DNA of 32,000 nt from Delftia acidovorans NBRC 14950 (GCF_001598795.1 NZ_BCZP01000008.1:150001-182000); one strand, 5' to 3'; shown: positions 7,343-15,007, counted from the first letter of the stretch. Translations and numbers: made by a program. The notes: generated from the sequence alone by a model not told the origin.

Positions 7343-8076
7343 TTGCTGGCCGTCTGCCCTTCGCCGCCTCCATCCTGCACACCCGCCCCACTGATCCTCA
7401 ACAACACCGCAGGCTGCAGCACGCAATGCCATCGATCTGGCCGCTCCAGCGCGCCGAGCTGCACCAGGCGCACAAGGCTGCGCGCGATGGTTTCGCGCGT
7501 GGTGGCCAGCAGGGCGGCCAGTGCGCCCTGGCTGGGCAGGCGCACGAGCAGGCTTGACTGCAGCGCGGCCAGTTGCATCAGGGTGGCGGCCAGCTGGCGC
7601 AGCACGCCGGGGATGCGGACGATGTGGGCCCATTCCGCCAGCAGGGCGTTGTTGCAGGTGTAGCTGGTGGCCAGCGCGCGCACGAAGGCGGCATCGACCA
7701 GGCCGCGGCGCGTGATGGTGGCGATGTCCACGCAGCAGATGCGCCCCGGGCCCAGTGCCTCGAAGTGCATGGCCGAGGGCTGCTGCAGCCAGCCCGGGCT
7801 GCCCAGCGCATGGCCGTTGCCGAACAGCGCCACGGGCCGCTGCACGCCGTCGCCGCCACGGCGGATGGCCAGGACGAAGCCGATCTTGATCACCTGGAAT
7901 TCATGGGCGACGCTGCCCTGTGCCTGGAGCTTCTGGCCCTTGGCCAGGCCGCGTTCGCGGATATGCGGCAGCCATTGCTGGAATGCGGGCTCGGGCAATT
8001 GGCCCAGCAGGCAATGGGACGAACGCATGCATTCGCTGCAGCGAACCGCTGAAGGCGTGGAGGACGACGATGGCAT
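7333..8076 (-). CDS. Crp/Fnr-family transcriptional regulator with an FNR-like N-terminal Cys cluster
   Basis: The N-terminal CSECMRSSHC (C-x2-C-x5-C) has the same spacing as E. coli FNR C20/C23/C29, and an internal ICCVD may correspond to the fourth Cys. A central beta-roll-like effector domain is present. The C-terminal HTH is LLATTRETIARSLVRL. Confidence 0.8.
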   Translation of the reverse strand: MPSSSSTPSAVRCSECMRSSHCLLGQLPEPAFQQWLPHIRERGLAKGQKLQAQGSVAHEFQVIKIGFVLAIRRGGDGVQRPVALFGNGHALGSPGWLQQPSAMHFEALGPGRICCVDIATITRRGLVDAAFVRALATSYTCNNALLAEWAHIVRIPGVLRQLAATLMQLAALQSSLLVRLPSQGALAALLATTRETIARSLVRLVQLGALERPDRWHCVLQPAVLLRISGAGVQDGGGEGQTASKKD

Positions 8077-8263
8077 GGGGCACGCAGGCTAGGATGCGCC
8101 GCTGCCTGGGCGGGCAGACAGCCACCCAGGGCACCGGCAGTGGACCCGGGCGGCGCGCCCCGGGAGAAGCCGTGCAGGCTAGCGGGCTATGCCGTTGAAT
8201 GCAACGCGATGTAACGCGTTTCGCGCGGGATGGCGGCCATCTGCCGCTGTTTCTTGACCTGGG

Positions 8264-9250
8264 TCAGACGGCTGCGGTGCTGTCGGCGTTGTTGGCGCTG
8301 CCGCTGCTGTCACTGCTGCCACTGCTGCCACTGCCGTGCGCGCGGGCAGCCTCGCGCATGCGTGCCAGTTCGCGTGCGGGCAGCGGGATGTCGCCGCTGG
8401 CGACCTTCATCAGCAGGCAGTGCAGCATTTCGGTGGACAGGCCGTGCAGCACCAGGCGGTGGCCGGCGCGCAGGGTGGACAGGGGCACCAGCGGGTGCTT
8501 GTTGTTGAGCATGACCAGATGCTCGGGCGAGGCGAGGATCTTGGCCGCATAGATGGCCACGGTCTCGTCCAGCTGCAGCGAGTTGCTGGCGCGCCAGAAG
8601 TCGTTGTCGGTCAGCAGCAGCTGGTAGACGGGCGTGTAGACCTCGATGGCGCTTTGCAGGTCCAGCAGGTTCAGGCGCCCGCGCGGCATGTCCTCAAGGC
8701 GCAGGGGCGGGTTGCGCAGCATGGCGAAGTCGGGCTCGGCCACGGGCTGCAGTTCCTGGCCTGCGGCGCGCAGCGCGTTGTTCAGGCGGATGACGAAGTT
8801 GAACAGGTTCAGGTCGTGCCTGAGGAACAGGTCGTCCTTGATGTCGTCGATGCTGTCCGGCTCCAGCGGTGTGGTGGACACGGGCGTGGGCGCGTTGGCC
8901 GCGACAAAGGCCAGGATCTGCGAGCCCAGGTGGAAATGGCGCAGGATGAGCCAGTTGGCCTCGGGCGAGACGAAGCGGTTCATGCTGAAGGCCAGCAACC
9001 GGTGCAGCAGCCTGGAGTGCGCCCAGTTGCGCGGCAGCAGCACCTTGAGGATCTGGATGAGCACGATGCTGGTGCGTGCCAGCGGCCGCAGGAAGGGCAG
9101 CAGGTACTGGCGCGAGCCGCTGCTGCAGTCACGCAGCCAGGCGGCCTTGACGTCGTCGGGCAGCGGCGTGCTCTGGTCCAGGTACAGCGCGCGCCAGGGG
9201 CTGGGGTCGCGCTCGTCGTGGGGCGGTTCGATAAAGTCTGGTGGTTGCAT
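8264..9250 (-). CDS. Hypothetical protein (328 aa) with a Ser/Gly-rich C-terminal tail; last gene of the lipid-type operon
   Basis: The start ATG at 9250-9248 overlaps the TGA of the upstream gene (ATGA). The sequence begins MQPPDFIEPPHDERDPSPW.... It has one hydrophobic segment (ARTSIVLIQILKVLLP) and ends HGSGSSGSSDSSGSANNADSTAAV. I recognise no family. The 659-aa ORF in the track (8264..10243) is an upstream extension of this reading frame that overlaps the KAS III::HDO gene out of frame. Confidence 0.7.
   Translation of the reverse strand: MQPPDFIEPPHDERDPSPWRALYLDQSTPLPDDVKAAWLRDCSSGSRQYLLPFLRPLARTSIVLIQILKVLLPRNWAHSRLLHRLLAFSMNRFVSPEANWLILRHFHLGSQILAFVAANAPTPVSTTPLEPDSIDDIKDDLFLRHDLNLFNFVIRLNNALRAAGQELQPVAEPDFAMLRNPPLRLEDMPRGRLNLLDLQSAIEVYTPVYQLLLTDNDFWRASNSLQLDETVAIYAAKILASPEHLVMLNNKHPLVPLSTLRAGHRLVLHGLSTEMLHCLLMKVASGDIPLPARELARMREAARAHGSGSSGSSDSSGSANNADSTAAV
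8296..8334. repeat. Trinucleotide/9-nt low-complexity repeat encoding the Ser/Gly tail
   Basis: GCTGCCGCTGCTGTCACTGCTGCCACTGCTGCCACTGCC contains ACTGCTGCC units in tandem. All units are in frame. Confidence 0.8.
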
Positions 9251-11202
9251 CAGTGCTCCTCGGGCAGGACATGCTCGAACTGCATCAGGTACAGCGCCGC
9301 CGTGTGGCGCGCGGTGCGCACGATGGCCTGCGCCGCCGTGCCCCCGCTGCCGTCTGTGCCGTCCAGCGCCATCACCATCTGCACGGCCATGAGCCAGCGC
9401 TCCAGGTGGTGTTCGTCGTTGGCTCCGTGGTATTCCAGGAAGCGGAAGGCATCGGGCGGCAGCGGCAGGCTGGCGCGCAGCAGCGGCAGCAGGCTGGGCA
9501 CGATGCGCTGGCCCGTGCCTTCGATGATGTAGATGGCGCCCAGCAGGCCGATCGGATTGGGCGTGGCGGCCAGGCCGTGCAGGTAGGCGTTGAGCGCCTC
9601 GCCGCCGGGGTTGCGGCGCAGGCGGGTGAGGTCGGTCTCGGTGCCGCCGGCCTTGAGGTAGTCCTCGTGCAGGATGCGGAAGTCGTTCTGCTCCTCGCCC
9701 GCATGCACGTCGATCAGCGCGGCCAGCGCCGCGTGCTCGCCGGTCAGCGAGGCCGCGCCCTCGCGCATCCACAGGCTGCCCTCGCGCACTTGGGGAACCC
9801 AGTGGCTCATCCAGCGCACGTAGTCGGCGGTCTGCAGCCTGCCTGTGCGTATGCGCTGCAGCAGCGGCGTGCGCCACACGCGCGAGCGGTAGTCCTGCCA
9901 GAGGCTGGCCAGTTCGGTCAGCAGCGGCGCCAGCGTGGCCGGGGCCTGGTTCGGGTCGTGGGGCGGGGCGATGGTGGAGACATCGGGCAGCAGGTCCGGG
10001 GCAGCGGGAGCTTCGGCGGTGGCACTGCGTGCTGTGGCCTTGGCCAGGGTGGCGGCGGGAGCCTGGGCCGCATCCTCCACTTCCAGCAGCATGTAGCCGG
10101 CCGTGAAGCGGCCCGATTCGGGAATGAAGCACAGCACGGTATCGCCGTGCTTCAGGCGTGCCGATTCCGTGCGCAGGAACTCGGACAGCATCACGAAGAT
10201 GGAGGCCGCGCCCGTGTTGCCGCGCCAGGCCAGGTTGCTCCACCAGCGCTCGCGCGGGATGCCGAGCTGGGCCTTGCCCAGCAGCTCATCGACCACGGGG
10301 ATGAAGCGCTCGGACGAGTAGTGGCACAGGAAATGGTCGATGCCGCGCCCGGGCACCCAGCCCGTGTGGGCCAGGTGGGCGTATTCGTGGATGCAGACAT
10401 CGAACAGGTGCGGCAGCAGGCGGATGTCCTGGCGCAGCGACAGCGCGCCTGCGGCCTCGGCATCGCCCCAGGCGGCAAAGTCCAGGTGGCTGGTGGCGCG
10501 GTCGGGCGTCAGGCCCAGCTGCATGCAGACCGGGTAGTCGCCCGCAAAGCTGCGCAGGTGCGTCCAGCGCAGCTTCAGGCGCAGGCCGGGCGCCTGGGGC
10601 AGGGCCTGCGGGCCGCCCAGCAGCACGGCGCCTGCGCCATCGGACAGCATCCAGCGCAGGAAGTGGGCGTCGAAATCCGTGTTGTATCCCTGGGCCGCGA
10701 AGCGCGAGCGCTTGAACAGGCGCGAGGGCATTTCGCTGGCCACGGCCAGGGCCAGCAAGTCGGGCGCGCGGTCCACGGCCTGGGCCGCTGCCTGCAGCGC
10801 GCCCACGCTGGCGGCGCAGACGCCGTGCACGGACAGGGTCTCCATGGGCGGCGCGGCCATCTCGCCCTGGATCATGTTGGCAAAGCCGGGCATGAGCGCA
10901 TCGCCGCCCGACGAGCCGCTGGCCAGGAAGCCGACATCGCCCAGCGCACGCCCGGCCTGTGCCAGGCAGTCATGGATGGCCTGGGCGGCCATGGCCGTGT
11001 TGCTGTGGACGGTGCGGCCTTCGGCGTCTATGGCGTAGTGGCGCTGGACAATGCCGTTCTCGGCCAGGATGCGGCGCTTGAGGCGCTCGGACAGGCGGTT
11101 GAGCGGCGCCACGTAGGCATCCATGCCTGCGTTGTCCACGGGTTCACCGGGCAGGAACATGCCTGCGGCATGCAGATAGACGTTGGAATAGGCGACGGGC
11201 AT
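9250..11202 (-). CDS. Fusion protein: KAS III (FabH-like) condensing-enzyme domain + heme-oxygenase-like diiron oxidase (iron-containing redox enzyme family) domain
   Basis: - The protein is 650 aa.
- aa 1-376 (nt 10075-11202) carry a Cys/His/Asn triad in KAS III contexts: HGVC129AAS, FLCH294YSS and RGN329TGAAS.
- aa 377-425 form an Ala/Pro-rich linker.
- aa 426-650 (nt 9253-9927) are helical, with carboxylate/His ligand-like motifs: HAGEEQNDFRILHED, IIEGTG and LEYHGANDEHHLE. Confidence 0.8.
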   Translation of the reverse strand: MPVAYSNVYLHAAGMFLPGEPVDNAGMDAYVAPLNRLSERLKRRILAENGIVQRHYAIDAEGRTVHSNTAMAAQAIHDCLAQAGRALGDVGFLASGSSGGDALMPGFANMIQGEMAAPPMETLSVHGVCAASVGALQAAAQAVDRAPDLLALAVASEMPSRLFKRSRFAAQGYNTDFDAHFLRWMLSDGAGAVLLGGPQALPQAPGLRLKLRWTHLRSFAGDYPVCMQLGLTPDRATSHLDFAAWGDAEAAGALSLRQDIRLLPHLFDVCIHEYAHLAHTGWVPGRGIDHFLCHYSSERFIPVVDELLGKAQLGIPRERWWSNLAWRGNTGAASIFVMLSEFLRTESARLKHGDTVLCFIPESGRFTAGYMLLEVEDAAQAPAATLAKATARSATAEAPAAPDLLPDVSTIAPPHDPNQAPATLAPLLTELASLWQDYRSRVWRTPLLQRIRTGRLQTADYVRWMSHWVPQVREGSLWMREGAASLTGEHAALAALIDVHAGEEQNDFRILHEDYLKAGGTETDLTRLRRNPGGEALNAYLHGLAATPNPIGLLGAIYIIEGTGQRIVPSLLPLLRASLPLPPDAFRFLEYHGANDEHHLERWLMAVQMVMALDGTDGSGGTAAQAIVRTARHTAALYLMQFEHVLPEEH

Positions 11203-11217
11203 GGGTTCAGGGTCGTA

Positions 11218-12153
11218 TCAGTCGTATGTTCCGGGAGGCATTTGCGCACGCGTGCGCGCCGGCGGCCAGACCGTGCCGAGCACGAAGACGCGGGCCATGT
11301 AGGGTAGCAGTCCGCCTTCGTTGAGCGCAGGTGTCACGCGCTGGCGATAGTGTTCGCTGTGCAGGCGCGTGAGCTCGGACCAGTGGGCCTGGGGCCGCTC
11401 GTGGTGGGCCGTGTGCAGGCCGATGTTGAACAGCAGCGGATTGACCCAGCCCTCGAAATTGCGTGCGTAGTTCAGTGGCGTGGCGCTGTCCATCCGCTGG
11501 CCGCGCGTCAGCGGCCGGCCATCGGCATGGGCGTGCTGCAGGTAGTTGGTGGCCAGCAGCCAGTGCAGGCCATGCAACTGGGGAACGATCACCAGCAGCA
11601 AGGCCTTTTGCCAATCCAGCGACAGCAGCAGTGCCCAGCTGCCCAGCCACAGCAGGTACTGGCCCATGCAGTAGCGAAAGGCACCGGGCCAATGCCGCCG
11701 CAGCTGGCCCAGCCAGCGCAGGAACAGCGGGTACAGCACCCAGCCGGCCTGCAGCGGGTGGAGCAGGTAGCCCGGCAGATGGTTGTGGTCGCCGCCGAAG
11801 CGGTAGGTGCGTGCCATGTCGCGCGGGCCGTGGCGGAAGCGGTGGTGGTTGGCCACATGGGCGGGCCAGAACACAAAGGTCGGGTGGCCCTGCAGCAGGG
11901 TCAGCCAGTAGTCGGTGAAGCGGTTGGCCCAGCGCCCGCGCCACATGCGCAAATGCGTGTGGTTGTGGTGGATGACGCCCACGCCCAGCGTGAGGAACAG
12001 CTCGATCCCGTAGAGCCACAGGTTCCAGCCGTGCTGCCACTGCCACCACACGATCAGCGGCAGCGCCACCAGATAGGCCAGCGACTGCAGGTCGCGCCAG
12101 TGGCGCAGCCGGGGCAGCCATGGCTGGGCGTGGCGAGCAGGTGGTCGGCTCAT
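11218..12153 (-). CDS. Membrane fatty acid desaturase family protein (three His boxes)
   Basis: The His boxes are IHHNHTH, HVANHHRFRH and HTAHHERP, with hydrophobic segments between them. The ATG at 12153 overlaps the upstream TGA (ATGA). Confidence 0.8.
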   Translation of the reverse strand: MSRPPARHAQPWLPRLRHWRDLQSLAYLVALPLIVWWQWQHGWNLWLYGIELFLTLGVGVIHHNHTHLRMWRGRWANRFTDYWLTLLQGHPTFVFWPAHVANHHRFRHGPRDMARTYRFGGDHNHLPGYLLHPLQAGWVLYPLFLRWLGQLRRHWPGAFRYCMGQYLLWLGSWALLLSLDWQKALLLVIVPQLHGLHWLLATNYLQHAHADGRPLTRGQRMDSATPLNYARNFEGWVNPLLFNIGLHTAHHERPQAHWSELTRLHSEHYRQRVTPALNEGGLLPYMARVFVLGTVWPPARTRAQMPPGTYD

Positions 12154-12896
12154 TCCGTCCTGGGCCGGGCCGTGGCGGGCAGTGCTACGCGCGTTCGCAT
12201 CAGCCGGTCCATGAAGGCCAGCGCAAAGCCGTAGTTGCCATTGGGCCGGGCATGGTGCAGATGGTGGCGCCGGCTGGCGGCCAGCGCATGCGTGTCGGAC
12301 ACCCCGGGAAAGAAGTCATAGTTGGAGTGGCCTATGACGTTCAGCAGCAGGCTGAGTACCGGCACCGAGGCCAGCGACCAGAAACTGAAGTCATGCACCA
12401 CCATGGGCAGCAGGATGACGTTGCCCAGCATCAGCGCTTCGATGGGATGAAAGCTGTAGGTGGACCACGGCGTGGTGACGATGGAGCGGTGGTGGTCACC
12501 ATGAAAGCGCCCCAGCAGCCGCGTATGCAGCAGGCGGTGGTTGATCCAGAAATGCACATCGTTCCAGATCAGCAGCACCGCGATTTCGATGGCAATGCGC
12601 CAGGGGCCTGCATCGGGCTCCAGCCGCGCCCACCCCAATTGCAGAAGGCCCCAGGGCACGATCATGCCGATGCCGAAGATCAGCACCGAATGCAGCGACT
12701 GGCGCCATTCGCGGCGCAACTGATCGGGCTTGAGCGGGCGCGTGTCCAGCACGCGGCCCACGCCGCGCCGCTGCAGCCAGCGCGTAAGCGCCGTCATGCC
12801 CCAGCCGCCGGTCGTGTACAGCACGCCGAAGAAGAGCAGGCCCCAGGCCATGACCTGCCAGGCGTTGAGTTCGGTGAAGGCTTGGGCAGCGGTCAT
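12150..12896 (-). CDS. Fatty acid hydroxylase / sterol desaturase superfamily protein
   Basis: The His motifs are HFWINHRLLH, HGDHHRS, GHSNYD and RHHLHHARPNGNYG, which is the FA_hydroxylase pattern. Multiple TM segments are present. I prefer the ATG start at 12896, but a GTG at 12914 (1 nt after the Bug stop) is possible. Confidence 0.8.
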   Translation of the reverse strand: MTAAQAFTELNAWQVMAWGLLFFGVLYTTGGWGMTALTRWLQRRGVGRVLDTRPLKPDQLRREWRQSLHSVLIFGIGMIVPWGLLQLGWARLEPDAGPWRIAIEIAVLLIWNDVHFWINHRLLHTRLLGRFHGDHHRSIVTTPWSTYSFHPIEALMLGNVILLPMVVHDFSFWSLASVPVLSLLLNVIGHSNYDFFPGVSDTHALAASRRHHLHHARPNGNYGFALAFMDRLMRTRVALPATARPRTE

Positions 12897-12915
12897 GGCA
12901 GTGTGATCGAGCACG

Positions 12916-13908
12916 TCATTGCGCGTGGATTCCCTGTTCGCGGATGATGCGGCCCAGTGCCGTCACGTCCTGGCGTATGCGCAGGGCCAGGCCCTCGGGT
13001 GAGCTGCCGACAGCCTGCCAGCCCTGGGCGGCCAGGCGTGCACGCATCTCGGGCGAGCGCACGATCTCGCTGACCGCTTCGGCCAGCTTCTGCACATGGG
13101 CGGCGGGCATGGCCTTGGGCGCGGCCACGGCGTTCCAGATCTCCAGATCGAAATCCCCCACGCCCAGCTCCTTGAGGCTGGGCAGTCCCGGCGCCAGCGG
13201 GCTGCGCGCGGCCGACGTCACGGCCACGCCGCGCAGCTTGCCGGCCTGCACCTGGGCCATGGCCAGTGCGGGCGGCAGCATGGACAGCTGCAGGTCGCCG
13301 CCCTGGATGGCGTTGAACACCTGCGGATAGCCGGGGTAGGGAATGTGTTCGGGCCTGAGCGCGGAGCGGCTCTTGAGCAGCTCCATGCCCAGGTGGCCCA
13401 CCGTGCCCACGCCTGGGGAACCGTAGCTCCAGCGGCTGCCGGCCTGGGCAGCGGCCTCCAGGAAGGCCCGGCCTTCGGGCGCGCCAGCCGGAGCCACCAG
13501 CACCAGGGGCGCCACGCCGATCAGGCTGACGGGCTGCAGGTCCTTCACAGGGTCGTAGCGCACGGCGGGGTTGAGCAGGCGGGCAATCGTCAGGTTGCCG
13601 TTGATCATCACGCTGAAGGTATGGCCGTCGCGCGCACGGGCCACCTGCTCGCCTGCGATGTTGCCGCCTGCGCCCACCTTGTTCTCGACGATGACGGGCT
13701 GGCCCAGACGCTTTTCCAGCGGCTCGGCCAGTGCGCGCGCCGTGAGGTCCGGGGAAGATCCTGCGGGAAAGCCGACGATCAGGTGCAGCGGCTTGCTGGG
13801 CCAGTTGTCGCCCGCCACGGCAGCGCAAGGCAGCAGGGCCGAGGCCAGGGCGGTGGCCAAGGCATTGGCGAAGAGGCGGCGTAGTGGCGAGATGGCGCTG
13901 GCGGGCAT
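12916..13908 (-). CDS. Bug family (TctC-like) periplasmic tripartite tricarboxylate transporter substrate-binding protein
   Basis: The signal peptide is MPASAISPLRRLFANALATALASALLPCAAVA. It is followed by WPSKPLHLIVGFPAGSSPDLTARAL, typical of Bug proteins. The track start at 13941 is a TTG, so I prefer the ATG at 13908. Confidence 0.85.
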   Translation of the reverse strand: MPASAISPLRRLFANALATALASALLPCAAVAGDNWPSKPLHLIVGFPAGSSPDLTARALAEPLEKRLGQPVIVENKVGAGGNIAGEQVARARDGHTFSVMINGNLTIARLLNPAVRYDPVKDLQPVSLIGVAPLVLVAPAGAPEGRAFLEAAAQAGSRWSYGSPGVGTVGHLGMELLKSRSALRPEHIPYPGYPQVFNAIQGGDLQLSMLPPALAMAQVQAGKLRGVAVTSAARSPLAPGLPSLKELGVGDFDLEIWNAVAAPKAMPAAHVQKLAEAVSEIVRSPEMRARLAAQGWQAVGSSPEGLALRIRQDVTALGRIIREQGIHAQ

Positions 13909-13942
13909 GGGGTACGTGGGGGCCGCAAAGGCTGCGGACAAT

Positions 13943-13968
13943 AAAAAACCCGGAGATTATCCGGGTTT
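13943..13968 (-). terminator. Rho-independent terminator of rpoH
   Basis: The minus strand reads AAACCCGGA-UAAUC-UCCGGGUUU followed by UUUUU. The 9-bp stem pairs 13946-13954 with 13960-13968. It lies 38 nt after the rpoH stop. Confidence 0.8.
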
Positions 13969-14005
13969 GTCGTGAAGCGGCCTGTCAGCCCAGGTCGTCA
14001 GGCTG

Positions 14006-14950
14006 TCAGGCGAACTCGGCCAGGGCCTTCTTCATCTTCTTCATGGCAGCCACCTCGATCTGGCGGATGCGCTCGGCGCTCACGCCATACACGGCGGCCA
14101 GCTCATGCAGCGTCATGCCGCCCGAGCCGTCGTCGTTGACCTTGAGCCAGCGCTCCTCGACGATGCGGCGGCTGCGGTCGTCCAGCGAATCCAGCGCCAT
14201 GGCAATGCCGTCGGTGGCCAGGTGGTCGCGCTGGCGCGACTCGATCATGGCCGTGGGTTCGTGTGCGCCATCGGCCAGGTAGGCGATGGGGCCGAAGGCC
14301 TGCTCGCCATCGTCGCTGGGCGAGGGGTCCAGCAGCACGTCGCCACCTGCCAGGCGCGTTTCCATCTCCATGACGTCTTCGCGCTTGACGTTGAGCTTCT
14401 CTGCCACGGCGTCGATCTCGCCCGAGGTCAGCGTGTCACGCAGCATGGCGCCGTCCTCGGCCATGGCGGCGTCGGACTTCAGGCCCTGCTTCATGGAACG
14501 CAGGTTGAAGAACAGCTTGCGCTGGGCCTTGGTCGTGGCGACCTTGACCATGCGCCAGTTCTTCAGGATGTACTCGTGGATCTCGGCCTTGATCCAGTGC
14601 ATGGCGTAGCTCACCAGGCGCACGTTCTGATCGGGGTCGAAGCGCTTGACGGCCTTCATCAGGCCCACGTTGCCTTCCTGGATCAGGTCGCCGTGCGGCA
14701 GGCCGTAGCCCAGGTACTGGCGCGAGATGGACACCACCAGGCGCAGGTGGGACATCACCAGACGCCCTGCGGCGTCCAGATCGCTGTGTTCTTTGAGCTT
14801 GCGGGCGTAGTCCTGCTCTTCCTCAAGGGTGAGCATGGGCAGGCGGTTGACCGCGGAAATGTAGGCATCCAGATTGCCCAGAGGCGGCACCAGGGCCCAG
14901 GGGTTAGCGGGTGCCAAGGTGGTCGCAATGGAGCCGGAGGCGTTTGTCAT
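14006..14950 (-). CDS. rpoH: RNA polymerase sigma-32 (heat-shock sigma factor RpoH)
   Basis: The region 2 block is YGLPHGDLIQEGNVGLMKAVKRFDP. The RpoH box QRKLFFNLR is present. The region 4 HTH is LHELAAVYGVSAERIRQIE. I prefer the ATG at 14950 (MTNAS...), which has AGGAA 8 nt upstream. Confidence 0.9.
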   Translation of the reverse strand: MTNASGSIATTLAPANPWALVPPLGNLDAYISAVNRLPMLTLEEEQDYARKLKEHSDLDAAGRLVMSHLRLVVSISRQYLGYGLPHGDLIQEGNVGLMKAVKRFDPDQNVRLVSYAMHWIKAEIHEYILKNWRMVKVATTKAQRKLFFNLRSMKQGLKSDAAMAEDGAMLRDTLTSGEIDAVAEKLNVKREDVMEMETRLAGGDVLLDPSPSDDGEQAFGPIAYLADGAHEPTAMIESRQRDHLATDGIAMALDSLDDRSRRIVEERWLKVNDDGSGGMTLHELAAVYGVSAERIRQIEVAAMKKMKKALAEFA

Positions 14951-14977
14951 TGCAGAGTTCCTTTCTTCCATTCCTTC

Positions 14978-15007
14978 ATATTAGCACTCGTTATGACCGA
15001 GTGCTAA
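14978..15007 (-). promoter_or_regulatory. Candidate sigma-70-type rpoH promoter overlapped by a perfect 10-bp inverted repeat
   Basis: The minus strand reads TTAGCACTCG-GTCATAA-CGAGTGCTAA-TAT. TTAGCA could serve as -35 and TAATAT as -10 with 18-nt spacing. The palindrome arms are 14981-14990 and 14998-15007. A related GCACTC-N7-GAGTGC repeat lies at 15039-15057. Confidence 0.3.

Noticed and set aside
8203-8220. An AACGCG-N6-CGCGTT hairpin downstream of the 328-aa gene as a terminator.
   Set aside because: The stem is only 6 bp and there is no T-tract. It is not convincing as either a terminator or an FNR/CRP box.
8264-10243. The 659-aa ORF taken as a single gene.
   Set aside because: Its N-terminal half is the upstream extension of this reading frame and overlaps the KAS III::HDO gene out of frame, giving a Pro/Arg/Gly-rich translation. 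A clean ATGA junction at 9250 yields a 328-aa protein with normal composition.
8336-11307. Long plus-strand ORFs (8336..9532 and 9241..11307) opposite the lipid-type operon.
   Set aside because: Their translations are low-complexity and Arg/Gly/Ala/Gln-rich with no motifs. The minus strand encodes recognisable KAS III, HDO and His-box proteins with coupled start and stop codons.
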